A stretch of 64,000 bases of DNA from Adineta vaga (taxonomy: Eukaryota > Animalia > Rotifera): NCBI GenBank assembly GCA_021613535.1, contig CP075494.1, positions 6,882,001 to 6,946,000 of the forward strand, in the 5' to 3' direction. Of the stretch, positions 46,260 to 59,181 are shown piece after piece. The position numbers and the translations under genes are program-made. Under the pieces are notes generated by a model. It ran no database searches. It was not told where the DNA came from and saw nothing but the letters and a program-made list of their open reading frames with translations. Each line of letters starts with the position of its first letter. The first letter of the stretch is position 1.

Positions 46260-48891
46260 ATGAACGAGTCTCCTACAACAAGTACTTCGATAAACCACAA
46301 TGAATCCAAATCTAATATTGTAAACAAAATTTTCTATCGATTTTCTTCCTTAAAACTATCATTTGTTTTGTTTATTTATTAATTAAATAAAACTAGGAAC
46401 TTGAACGATCGCCAGTTGCATCATGGACAACAGCAGATGTTGAACGATGGCTTGAATCTTTAAATTTATCGAATTATATCAATCGACTTTGTAAAGAAAA
46501 TGGTATCGATGGTTTAACATTACTTCTTATGAGAGAAGATGATCTGAAACAATCTCCATTATCGATTGAACGTTTGTGTGATATTAAAAAATTATGGTAT
46601 CATATTCGTTTACTTCAATGTCAACAAAATGATTTTTATTTACCATTAAACGATCAAAATACGAAACAAAATCATTCATCATTATCTCCTTCGCATTTAT
46701 TAGGGACAAATAATGATTCATGCTCAATTCATACAGAAGAAAACGTCATTGTCAAGACATTGAAAGCAGAAAAACGAAAAACTTTCGTTAGTTTTCTTTA
46801 TGCATTAATGAGTGGTATATGGACTTCATTTATAATGGTTGTTGTACATAACCGTGTTCCAAATGTGCAAAAGTAAGAGAAATGACTTTTGAGGATGTCT
46901 AGATTAACTCGAAAGACGTTTTCTTTTCCTATTGAAGATATCCTCCATTACCTGATCTTTTTCTTGATAATATACCATTGATTCGTAAGTATTTCTGTCG
47001 AAAGAAAAGATGAACATTCGCATTTGGTTTGCTTTCTTTTTTTAATTTTTATAGATTGGGCATTTACTGTTAGCGAGTGTTTAATTGTTGTTATGGGTAT
47101 TACTTTCTTATTGATTTTAATTTTTCATAAATATTCGTAAGTAAAACAAGATTTGATTAAGTTTATTATAATGAAAATTCTTGAATAGGAGTATTATATT
47201 ACGACGATTTTTTGCTCTTGGTGGCACGATTTTTCTCCTTCGATCAATTACAATGCTGGTGACATCGTTGAGTGTAAGATCTACTTATGGGTGTATTGCA
47301 TTTTTAATTGAATGTGACATGGAGTAGATTTCTTTTCCTTTCTTCTCTTTATAAAAAAATCGTGCAAGCATTATGTTTGGGTTTTTTTCGTATTATTTTA
47401 GCACGTCTCAAGCACTAGGACGTCAGAAAACACCCATCAATCTTAGATAATTGGAATAGAATGAGATTACTTGTCTATAAGCTAGAATGAAAAACAATCA
47501 GTTAGAGAGCATTGAAGAATTAATAGAATAATATAGAAAGGAAAGACGATTTATAATAAGAGATCGTAGGTGTTCGTCATGTAGCTATCACCAACTGTTA
47601 TTCTAAGAAAAAGTCTTCTGACATGGCAGAAAGATAAGAGCTACTTAATAAACGAGTATCTATAGGCATGTATTGTCAAATGATCAAGTTGGAGAGTTTA
47701 TTTCGGTACAATCTCGTAAATTTCGAAAGAATTAAATTTAATTATAGAATATTCGATGATTAATCATATATGTTCCTATTCACCGGGGTAAGTCGACCTT
47801 TAGAAGTAAATCGAACGATTCATCTAAGTGTAACGAGTCAATTAATTATGTTATGATGATTTTTGATTTTTTAAAAACACGATAAATTTGTTTAGAAAAA
47901 AGAACGAACATTTTTCGGTGCAAATTTCGACTTACTTTTGAAAAGACTTCATCATCCATACTCACAATGACACATCCTCATAAACTCTAGTGGATCTGTA
48001 TAAAAAGTGAAATATATGCATTGTATCGATTGCATCAAATGTTTTTTGTTTAAGTCATAAAAATTTTATATACAGTTGTATTAGTGTAGATCATAAACAC
48101 CTGGTTTTCTGTTTTCTATTCAATAAAAAAACCTTCGATTTATCCTAGATTTCTGTTACTTTTCATAGAATCTACACTCTTAGATTTTCTAATGAACATC
48201 AATTTTTCGTTTCTAGGTTCCCGGTCATCATCTTGAATGTACACCGTTGGTAAGTATTTCCTTCTTTCTTTCTTTGTCTAATATAAATATCTTAGCAATA
48301 TGGTACAACTGGAGAAATATTTACTCGTTGGCTTCAAATCTTTCTTTTCCAAGGCTTATCCATTCACGGTATCCGTTCATGTGGTGATTATATGTTTTCA
48401 GGACATACAGTTATGTTAACTCTATTAAACCATTGTATAACTGAATGTAAATTTTCATCTTTGTTCCTTTTCATAAACTCAAAATTAAAATGAATGTTAA
48501 TTTTCATTTAGATACAACATCGGATTTCTATGTTATTCATCTTCTTTCATGGCTTTGTAATATACTTGGAATGATATTAATCTTAGCAGCACATGAACAT
48601 TATACAATTGATGTTTTAATTGCATTCTTTTTAACCAGTCGTTTATTTCTTTATTATCATTCATTAGCAAATAATGCTGTTCTACATTCAATAACAGATA
48701 ATCGTTTATCGATATGGTTTCCAATGTTTTCATATTTCGAACGAAATACTCAATGTATGGTTCCAAATGTTTTACGTATACCATGGCCATTAACATTAAT
48801 ATATACACATGAAGAAGTCGATGGTAGTGAGAAAAAGTCAATGCCTACATGTGATAATAAGAAATGTATGCACGGCAAAAAACAACAATAA
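46260..48891 (+). CDS. SAMD8: Sphingomyelin synthase-related protein SMSr (SAM domain plus SMS catalytic domain)
   Basis: SAM: [13 protein letters not shown]...[15 protein letters not shown]; HNRVP...[34 protein letters not shown]. Confidence 0.92.
47780..47940. mobile_element. Possible decayed MITE/pogo-type remnant in the long SAMD8 intron
   Basis: GTAAGTCGA (47788-47796) and AAGTAAATCGAA (47804-47815) face inverted TTCGACTTACTT (47926-47937); no clear target-site duplication. Confidence 0.25.
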
Positions 48892-49815
48892 AATGTGATA
48901 ATATTTTCGGTTTTCCTTTTCTTTTTTTTTATTGAAAATATTTTTTAAATCCGGTGTGTTTTTGTATGGTATTTCTTGCCTTCCAATCCGAACAATAAAA
49001 ATAAATTTATTTTTTAGATAATCGCCAAGTGGCGAAACTCGTATATGTATGTGTGTGTGTGTATGTGTGAGAAAAAAAGAGCAACTCTAGTCTTTATTTC
49101 CAATGGGTTGAATTCTTAATGGAAAAAGAAAATGTAAGTAAATTTCATTTGTTCTTTTTTATATTGATATCGTTAGTAGGGAGATTTTTTATTGTGTGTC
49201 TATATCAAATGACATATGTGAATGAATAAATGTTGATAAAAGATAAATATTTTTCTTAAGTAAAAGAACAAGCGAGATTTTATTCAACGTTAGTAGAAAG
49301 ATTAATATACCTTCATGGATATCAGTTATCTGACAATACCACTCTTTTTTTTCTATTATGAATGAGGGTCGTTGAAATAAATCATAGTTGTTTGCTTGCT
49401 GTTTGAGAGATCACGAACGTATTTATAATTCATGAAATAAGGCAATCGTAGGATAATAGCTATCTCGCAGTATATCATTAAACAAATCGTATGCGATAAG
49501 AACGATGCAATGACAGTACATTTTCTTCTATTAAAACAAAATTACATTCTCTTTCTACAACTTCATATATATAAGCACGTAAAAAACAGACGTCACTGCT
49601 ACTTTTATTGAACAAAGATTGTATTTCCTTTCATGATAATAATTCATCCATAAAACAGCAAACGCAAATAGACCTTTAAAGAATTAACTCTCACATTTAT
49701 TTTTCTATGAGATTTGTTCTTTTTTTTCTCTCTCTCTTTTTCTGACATTTTTTCTCTAACCTATATTGTTATACAATAAATTCTTTGCATTTAGAAAGAT
49801 TATTTACTAATAAGA

Positions 49816-51560
49816 ATGTTTAATTCCACTCTACCAAATCCTTCGAAATCGAACTCGAATGAATTATATCAATATGTTTCAATACCGTCATCATCAAATC
49901 CTTCGACATGGACTATTCGTCAAGTTGAAGAATGGCTAGAAATGAATCATTTCAATGATTGTATCGATATTCTTTGTCATCAAAATCAAATCGATGGTAA
50001 ACATTTGATAAATTTAAAACAAAATGATATTTTATCTCTAACAAAAAATAATCAACTATGGTTACAAATCAAAATCTTACAAAAATCTTTACAACAATCA
50101 ATTACAATTCAACTTGAACCAACTGTTCTTAATACTTGTACATCTTATGATCAAATAGAAGAACAATTAACAACAAATTGTTGTTTAATCACTTCTATTC
50201 GTTCGGATCGAAAGAAAACTTTATTAGCTTTTTTTATGCTTTTAATTACAATCTTTTTCTCATCATTTATTATTACTATCGTTGATGAACGTTTACCTGA
50301 TCCAAAAACGTTTCCACCATTACCTGATCTTATCTTAGAAAACATCGAACAAATACCATGGGCATTTTCTGTTACAGAAAAATTAATTCTATTAGAAATG
50401 ATTACACTAATTATAGTAGTTCTTCTACATCGACATCGGTAATGAATCAATCGACTAATTTCGTTGATAAATATGTTTATTTTTAGAATGATTATTCTTC
50501 GTCGATTATTTACTATTGTAGCAGCATTGTATTTTCTTCGAAGTTGTACAATGCTTTTCACATCGTTACCTGTAGCAACACGAATAACAGACTGTCAACC
50601 AAAGGTTTGAATTGTTCAAATAACAAAATAGTTTCTCTTATTTTTATTTATAGCGATTGGATAGTTTCGTTGCAAGATTAAACAAAGCAATTATAATCTT
50701 TCTAGGCCAAGGAATGTCATCATTTGGTGTTAAAACTTGTGGAGATTATTTATACAGTGGACATACTTGTACTCTAGTATTAGCAGCACATTTTATTAAT
50801 GAATGTATGTATAATTATGAAGCACTGTTTGAGATAGATGTGAGAAACTCACAACCCTTATTTTCTTATGTTACTCATTCACAATCTTCAAATATTCTTA
50901 TCAAAATCAGAAAACATTTTTGTCGACTTACGCCTGAAGTGTTATCTGATGTATATATAAAAAAATGATTCATTCTCGAACGAATCTCACTATCTTAGAT
51001 CAAAGGTTTTCGTACTCTTAAAAAATAAAACATATTGATAAATAAACGAATCATTTTCGACGTACATATTTTTTTTACAGATACTCCACGTACTTATCAT
51101 CTACTTCATTTTCTCAGTTGGATTACGACCTTTACTGGAATGTTCTTTATCTTAGCTGGACATCAACATTATTCCATTGACATTCTTATTGCTTGGGTAC
51201 TTAGTTCTCGTCTCTTTGTTTACTATCATACGTAAGAATTACTTAAAACTAGAAGACAAACTGTAAATGTATTGATTTTATTTTAGTCTTGCAAACAATC
51301 GAATATTTCTTCAACGAGATATCAATCGAATGCGTCTTTGGTTCCCTTTTTTCACTTATTTTGAAGAGAACATCAAAACAGCAATTCCCAACGAATATTG
51401 TCTCCCAAAATGTCTTTCTGACGCACGAATAACCATCAGTAATTGGACAGAAGCAATACGTTACATGATTTATTGGCTGATATTTTTCTTGTTTATTATC
51501 ATTACTTATTATCTTTCGTTCTCGAAGAAAACGATTTTATCAACATTGATTGAACGATAA
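49816..51560 (+). CDS. Second, divergent SAM-domain sphingomyelin synthase-family paralog
   Basis: SAM: WTIRQVEEWL...IDGKHL; DERLP...FPPLPDL, LRRLF, CGDYLYSGHT, AGHQHYSIDI; extra hydrophobic C-terminal segment. Confidence 0.9.
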
Positions 51561-51812
51561 CATCTATTTGCTTATTTTTCCAAACCGGTGTATATAGACG
51601 AAATGAAATCTACATGTTTTGAATGAATTCTATGCATATTCCTGTCAGATATCAATTTGAACATTAAACATCTTGTTTATTTTTTTTTTCTAAAAATATA
51701 CTTCAATTTTTGTGTTCTATTTCTTGTTTGTTTGTTTTTTTTGTCAGTTTATTGAGAATAATATAGTGAATGAAAAGATTTAATCGTCATCTCGTTTTTT
51801 TTCAGAGAGACG

Positions 51813-53261
51813 ATGGTCATGGGTACGGCACATGGTTCACAAAATTCCGATCTATTTCGACAACAAATGATCCGTAATCAATTACCAAATGAATCATCGA
51901 TAAATACCGAAGGTTTATTAAATGAATATTATTTTGAGACAAGTAAACAAACGGATCAATTAGTTCACGGAAATTTCTCATGTTCACAAATGTTAAATAT
52001 CTATACAAATAAACAAGAAACGTATCTATCGATAGGTTTACATAGTTCTAAAGATGGAAAAAATCAACGTGAACCATTGAATCTTGTCATTGTACTTGAT
52101 GTATCAGGTTCCATGGGAGAATATTTTCATAGAAAATCTCCTTTATCTGAAAGTCAAACAGCAACGAATAGTAGAGATGAAAATAAAATCGATATTGCAA
52201 AGCAAATACTTCATGAATTAGTCGAACATATGGACAGTGAACATGAACGATTAGGAGTTGTTTTATTTAATCATAATGCAACACTTCTTCAACCAATTCG
52301 TTTGATAAAAAATATAGATCGCGAGATTTTGAATGATCGAATCGATCATATTCGTGCTGATGGGTCGACAAATATGGAATCGGGTATGACAATGGCTATT
52401 TCGATGTTAACTGATATGCTCGATGAAGATAATGAAAGTCGTACGAATAATAATCGAATCCTTTTTCTAACAGATGCATTACCAAATGTTGGCGGTAGTG
52501 AAAAATGTCTTCTTGATTTAGCTAAACGTGCTGTTGAACGTTCTTCGATCTATATAACTTATATTGGAGTTGGTTTAGATTTTAATAGTGATCTTGTTTA
52601 TGAATTAACAAAAATTCGTGCATCAAATTATTTCAGTGTTCATTCGAAAGAAAGTTTTCGTCGAATTCTTCTCACTGATTTTAATTATATTGTTACACCA
52701 ATTGCATTTAATGTTCGAATCTTTGTTGAATCAAATAAATATGAAATTGATAAGGTTTATGGTATACCAGAAGGAGAGAATACGGTTATTTCAAATCATA
52801 TTATTACAATTGATAGTTATTCAGCATCAGCTATGGATAAATTAAATCGTATTAAAGGAAGTCTATTTTTAGTAAAATTAAAAGAAACAGTTTCTGTACA
52901 CGATCATTCATCTGATAATCAAATACGATTGACAATTAAATATGAAAAAGCAAACGACGGACAACAACAAAGTTTACCATCAGAAATGATCTCTATTAAT
53001 GGTTTTAATATGAACGAAAGTATTCGAAAAGCAATACTTCTTGTGCAATATGCAATACTTATTCAAGCAATTCTTCGTGATGTTAGTGAGCATACAAGAA
53101 CCTGTGATAATGAAGTGAAATTAAGAATTTCTCGAACGATGAAAAATGATTTATTGAAATTCCGAACACATTTTGTTGAAGAAATGAAAGTTCTTGATGA
53201 TGAACAATTAACACGTGAACTTGATATTCTCGATCAATTTCGTTATGCCGAGGAAATTTAA
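51813..53261 (+). CDS. Intronless von Willebrand factor A domain protein of microbial type (HGT candidate)
   Basis: 482-aa single exon; LNLVIVLDVSGSM, GSTN and ILFLTDA form an intact MIDAS; flanks EGLLNEYYFET, YLSIGL and IRKAILL. Confidence 0.88.
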   Translation: MVMGTAHGSQNSDLFRQQMIRNQLPNESSINTEGLLNEYYFETSKQTDQLVHGNFSCSQMLNIYTNKQETYLSIGLHSSKDGKNQREPLNLVIVLDVSGSMGEYFHRKSPLSESQTATNSRDENKIDIAKQILHELVEHMDSEHERLGVVLFNHNATLLQPIRLIKNIDREILNDRIDHIRADGSTNMESGMTMAISMLTDMLDEDNESRTNNNRILFLTDALPNVGGSEKCLLDLAKRAVERSSIYITYIGVGLDFNSDLVYELTKIRASNYFSVHSKESFRRILLTDFNYIVTPIAFNVRIFVESNKYEIDKVYGIPEGENTVISNHIITIDSYSASAMDKLNRIKGSLFLVKLKETVSVHDHSSDNQIRLTIKYEKANDGQQQSLPSEMISINGFNMNESIRKAILLVQYAILIQAILRDVSEHTRTCDNEVKLRISRTMKNDLLKFRTHFVEEMKVLDDEQLTRELDILDQFRYAEEI

Positions 53262-53745
53262 TAGCGACATTGTTTTTCTTGAGAAACTAATATCATAAGA
53301 CATATTTTTTCTAGTTATGCTCTTTTGATTTCATGTGTCAAACAATAAGAGAAAACAAGTGAGAAGAAAAAAAAACCAAGGTCAATCGAATTTCGCGTTC
53401 TTATTATTTTTTTCACTTAAGTCAGGTGATACACTTGATTATTATTTTCAAGCGTTTTTTTCTATTTAAATATAGATGGTTTCTATATTTCAATAGACAT
53501 TTTCTTTCTTTTTTTAATTCAAACTCTAAGTTTAAAACAATTCTCGAGCTTTTTACATTATTAAAAAAAGAGCGAGATGTTCTCAAAAAAACAACTACAC
53601 TCGATATGATTCTTTATTTTCCTTTCTTTTTCTTTCCATTAACATATCTGACCTATAATTTTCTTATTGATGAAAGAAACGACAGAAATTACTACGTTTC
53701 AGTAGAAGAAAAACGATTCCATTATGATTATTTACATCTAGGAAT

Positions 53746-56181
53746 ATGCTTTCGAATGATTCATTACCAACAGTACGAAAACCAACTTTATCATTGAGAT
53801 CTTCATCATCAGTATCAGCATCACTGTTTTCACCATGTAAGGACGAAGAAAAACATCAACAATCCGACAATGACGAAACAACTTCGACAGATACTGTTGT
53901 TCGTCATACGACATCATGGCGATGGATGATAGTTTTTGGCTCATTTGGAGCGCATTTTGTTGCTGATGGTGTTCTCTTTTCATTTGGTATTCTTATGCAT
54001 ATGATTAAAGATGATCTCAAAATTGAATTACATACAGTTGGAATCATTGCGTCCTTATTTGTTAGTTTACCATTGTTTTTAGCACCTTTATCGAGCGCCT
54101 TAGTGAATAGAATCGGATGTCGATGTATGACTATGTTAGGTGGATTTCTTTGCTCAGCGGGTTTATTTATCGCTTCAATGCTTGGAAATTTTGTTGGCGC
54201 TTTGATTGGAATTGGTATAATTTGTGGTAAGATTTGAGGGTGTCGGATTTGTTTTGTGTTATTTGGATGAAATATTTTTTGTATAAAGGAACTGGTTTGT
54301 CATTTGTTTATGTTCCAGCAGTAGTTATAGTAGCACATTACTTCGATGAAAATCGTGCAATTGCTACAGCACTTGCTGTTGGAGGAACAGGTAAGAAATT
54401 GCTATTAAATTCTTTACAAAAATTTCAATGCTAAACATATGAAAGGTTTGGGAAATGCAGTTGTTGCACAAATTATTCATATTCTTAATGATTATTACAG
54501 TGATTGGCGTGATACAACATTATTATTGTCCGGTGTACTATTTACAATTGTTGGTTTTGGTGCTCTTTTTCGTCCAGTAGAATTCTCCTTTCAACGTACG
54601 AATAATAAACATTATGAAAAGACAATGATTGATCATCGTTTACCACCAAATAGTATGACATCCATAGAAAAGCTACAACATTTTGTTAAAGAAATGGATC
54701 AACAATGTGCAACACGTCAAGCACAACAATCTGTAAGTATCTCAACATCAAATCATGAAACACCTGACATCGATTTATTTGATTCATATTCTGCGGATGA
54801 CATTCGAGAACTTGAAGATGAATTTGATGAAAATTTTCAAGTAAAAATACCTTTATCAAAATTTCGACACTTTCAAAGAAGTCAAACAACTTCGGATAAA
54901 CCTCTTGAAAAGAAAAGTTCCTCAACAAATTATCTATCTCGTTTTTATTCTCTTCCACACGAACAACAAGATAAACAACTATTAGAAGTCTATTACCAAC
55001 CTATTAGTCAAAAAGATATATTCTATCCGGGAGATGTTCCAGTCAAATCTTCCAGTTTAACTCAAGCAAGTTGTCCAAATCTAATTCAATCCTATTTCTA
55101 TGAAGAATCAGAAACGATAGTTTCCGATGATGATTCTGATTCAAATCATAGTCAACATCATCATCATGTTTTTTATCGTAAAGGTTTAACATTTTGGAAT
55201 ACGTTACGTCGAATGTTAGGTTTACAATTATTTCGTGATTATCGCTATATGATTTTTTTTATTTCACAATTTTTATTCTATTTATTCTATGATCTTATCT
55301 ATCTTTTTCCAGGTTAGTTTAATCTTCGAATAGGATTTTTTTCTTCTGTTATCATGAGTTTATTCTAGTTGATTATGGTGAAACTGTTATTGGGTATGAT
55401 AAAAAACAAATGACAATGTTAGTAACAATACTCGGTTTGGGACAATTTTTTGGACAGATTTTCTATGGACTGCTAGCAAATTATTCAGGAATTAATGAAA
55501 TGATATTTTATAATATTGGCGCTGTTCTTTGTGGAGTTGCTAGTATTCTTATACCATTTGTTGCTAAATCATATATAGCTTTAATAATGATTATTTTACT
55601 TTTTGGACTTTCCGTATCAGCAAATTATGCCTTAACATCTATTATTCTTGCGAATATGTGTGGTATAGAATTATTAACATCAGCTTATGGTCTGATTTTG
55701 CTTGGACAAGGTTTATCTTCGTTGGCAGGACCAGTAATCGGAGGTAAGATTAAACTAAGCGAGCTATTTTCTATCAATTCGTCGAATGTGTTTTTTTTCG
55801 TAAACGATGAGGATTGTTCTTAACGTTTGAATCGTATATTCAAAAATATGAAAACAACAGGTAAAAACTAGATATTGCATATGTCATTGTATACGAAGTA
55901 ATGAATCGTATCAATGACGATGGTAAATAATTCAAGGACATTATTCTAAAAATAGAATCAATCGTATTGTTGTTTTTGTCTATTCTATAGGTTGGATTGC
56001 TGAACGTTATGGATATAAATCATCGTTAATTATTGCTGGTATATTTATGGGTGTATCTGGTTTTGTAACATTATTAATACCATTAATTCAACGATTACGT
56101 ACTCGAAAAGAGAAGATAAATCAAGAAAAAATAACTGAAACAAACACTTCGACAGTTAGGTCAGATAGCACAGAGTGTTAA
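53746..56181 (+). CDS. Monocarboxylate transporter, SLC16/MFS family
   Basis: WRWMIVFGSF, SALVNRIGCR, G(T)GLSFVYVPAVVIVAHYFDENRAIATALAVGGTG, long central loop, AYGLILLGQGLSSLAGPVIGGWI. Confidence 0.92.
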
Positions 56182-56486
56182 GAAAAAATAAAGAATAATT
56201 TCTTCAAAATTGTTTCATTTCTCAACTTTTTTTCTCATTCATTTATTTATTCTTTTCTAGTCGTTTGTTAATTATTAATATCTCTAATCCACTAAAATAG
56301 TGTATATCCTTTTTTTGTATAACCTGTATATATAAAATACATTCAAAGAATAAAACTACAGCGCCTCCTATCAAAGTAATCAAATTACAGGACTCTAGAT
56401 TTATTCATTTTGATTGATCTGAGTAAATCAAAAATCGATCGAGAGAACAAAAGAATAGACGTAAGCTATTTGAATCATAAGTAACG

Positions 56487-57455
56487 ATGGCAACTAGTTC
56501 TAATTCGAATAGTTATGATGTATATATACCAATAGATGTAATTCCAACTTATATATAATTTTGTAGTCTTGGGTACTTGGAATTGGAATGAAGAATTAAA
56601 CGCAAAAGCTCAAGAAGCTTTCAATGTATCTTTATCGAAAGAAATTAATACTTTTGATATAGCTGAAATATATAGTCATATGGAGAAAGGTAAAGAAAAC
56701 ATCTGATATTCATAAGTGAATATGTAATTACGTTTCTAGTGAATGTTGTATTGTTCGATACAGAACAAGTCAATCAACTTCTACTAATGAAGATCTTGTT
56801 CTTGCTACAAAATTCCTTCCTTATCCATATCGATTAACTTATCTAAATTCACTGATCAATGCACTTCGAGCAATTTTAGAGAGATTACAAGTATATAGCA
56901 TCGAAATTCAATCAAATCGAATATTCACTTCTTCGACGATCATCTGAAACATTTGGACATATTACTGAATGTCATAAACGAGGTGTTGCCGTATTAGGAT
57001 ATTTTCCTCTCGTAAGTTTAAATACAAATTCTTGTACAATCAATAAATCTATTATTATACTTTTGAAAAATCTAAATGAGGTTATGGGTCACCTGACAGG
57101 AAAATATTCAAAATCAAATCCAGCACCTTCCGGTTGTTATTTCTCAGATATTGATATGAATGAATTAGAACCATTATCGGAAACAATACGACGAATTGCT
57201 GATCAACACATTGTTAGTGTTTCGTCTGTTGCTTTGAATTATGTTATATATAAAGGTACGGTACCTTGGTTTATTTTTCTGTATGTAAAAAGTATGTCAT
57301 TTTTTCAGGTGTCATTTCTCGTGGTGGTGCTCGAGATGGTAAACAAGCGGAGGGAAAATGCTGGTGCTTTTGGATGGCGTTTAAGTAATGGAGAAATTAT
57401 TGAACTTGAAAGTCATCCTTTAACATCACGTTCATCATTCTGGCAACATAGTTAA
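56487..57455 (+). pseudogene. Aldo-keto reductase (pyridoxal-reductase-like) pseudogene with internal deletion
   Basis: LGTWNW, FDIAEIY, LATKFLP, LERLQ then directly NQIEYSLLRR...GYFPL. The segment with the catalytic His and GVSN motif is absent, and the unspliced frame from ATG 56487 stops at 56556-56558. Confidence 0.78.
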
Positions 57456-58386
57456 AATTATCATATCTATTTGCGTTTATTTGAGAAGTTTTATTAATAA
57501 AAATGCATCGCATTTTACTATTTTACCTTTTATATAAACTATTGTTTTATTGATAAATACATTATCAATCATACTACAGTTCAAAAGTAGCATCGTACCG
57601 AAATAGAAATTATCTTTTAAGAGTATTGTCTATCGTGATAGGTACTTCCTCTATCTCTTTGAAAGTTGTCAAAATGATATATAATCATCATACCATAGCA
57701 TCCGGCAATGAAGCAGAATTATTTGTATGTTAAAATCACTCTTCTATTTCAACAAGACATCTTATCCCAGAAATATTTGTCATACGTCATTTGATTATGT
57801 ATACAATTGCGTACATAACTCTATTTTATCATGTGTATATTAGATTTCCGAGATATATTATTGCTTACTAATAATGATGATATATAATACGATGAACAAT
57901 AGATACATAACGTGTATAGAATTCTTCTAAAATAGTTCTATGATTTATGAATTTGTAAGAATTGAAAGGAATACAGATGTGAAACAAATATCATGCTCAC
58001 ACCTACACTTTTAAATCAAATTTCCCTTTCTTTCTGTCATCAACAAGATGCTCATGCGATGAACAATAATTTTTGACTGATTGACAAGAAAATAAAATCA
58101 TTTCTAATTCAAAATCCAATTATCCAATGTACATTTAGTAATCCTAAGTTACATCAGTATTTATATACATGATTCTTTCTTTCTCAATGAAACAACAGAT
58201 CTCTAATCATAAGGATTTCGCTTATGTAGTCATACATATCTTTTTTTTTATAAATTTGCGAGACACAATTACGCAACTAGGTATTTGAATAAACTAAAAA
58301 TAGAAATACTCATTATCATCATCATAAAATAAAAAATATATCGACGTTTTGTTTTTTTATATAAATATCTAGTTTATGTGTTTGAT

Positions 58387-58394
58387 TGACGTCA
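58387..58394. promoter_or_regulatory. Perfect CRE palindrome TGACGTCA upstream of the neuropeptide gene
   Basis: Exact 8-mer about 370 nt upstream of ATG 58756, with a TATA-like TTATA near 58495. Confidence 0.4.
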
Positions 58395-58755
58395 TTAAAC
58401 TGTATCGAGAGATCTTTTAAATAGAGATCAAATATTTCTAAAACGACGCATGACATATTCAATTTCATTATTCACGCAATCTTCCCGTCCTTATTATAGA
58501 CTGAAAAAAAGAATTCTTAAGCGACAGTCAAGATTCATTATTTAAGATAATTTACTCAAATCTTGATCACTGTCGTTCATATCTTGCGTGTTATTCACTA
58601 TTTTGAAGATTAAGAGAGGAGAGAAAAAAAGGAAACTAAATCCAATAGCGATTTAATAGGTAGGCGAAAAGATCATAGAATATAAACATATATTTTTCTT
58701 CAAGCTACTATTCAGTCGCATTATTATCTTTTCATAGCGTTCAAACATCATCATT

Positions 58756-59181
58756 ATGGTTTCTCTCAAGCAATTTGTATGCATTAGTGGTAATCTCGAT
58801 TCTTTTAATAGATAATGATCAATATACGCATGTGATTTTTTTTTTCGTTTGTTTAAAGGTTTAGTGCTTGTATCATTCGTTATCTTCACCCAACAACAAC
58901 CGCTATCAAATCCATCATCGGATGAAGACTTTCTTTGGAACAAACGCATGATCTATGGTCATTCTAGTGCATTGATTCCACGTTTTCGTGGATCAAACTT
59001 AGGTATTTTCGTACGCAAACGTCCATCTGTTGCTATTCCTGAACATTCCGTCAATCGAAGAATAGAATCTCGCTCAACACTACTCAACGATGAAAATATA
59101 CCTTCGGAATTCCGCAGTAATCATGAACAACGACATTCTGATGATTACTCTGACAATCCTGGTCCAATGTTTGGCCGATAA
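58756..59181 (+). CDS. Neuropeptide precursor (exons 58756-58789, 58859-59181)
   Basis: Signal peptide MVSLKQFVCISGLVLVSFVIFTQQ; KR, RKR and RR cleavage sites; C-terminal ...PGPMF-G-R* amidation signal. Confidence 0.8.

Noticed and set aside
47780-47800. TCACCGGG resembling a miR-36-family seed
   Set aside because: No local hairpin; the flanks fit a decayed repeat better.
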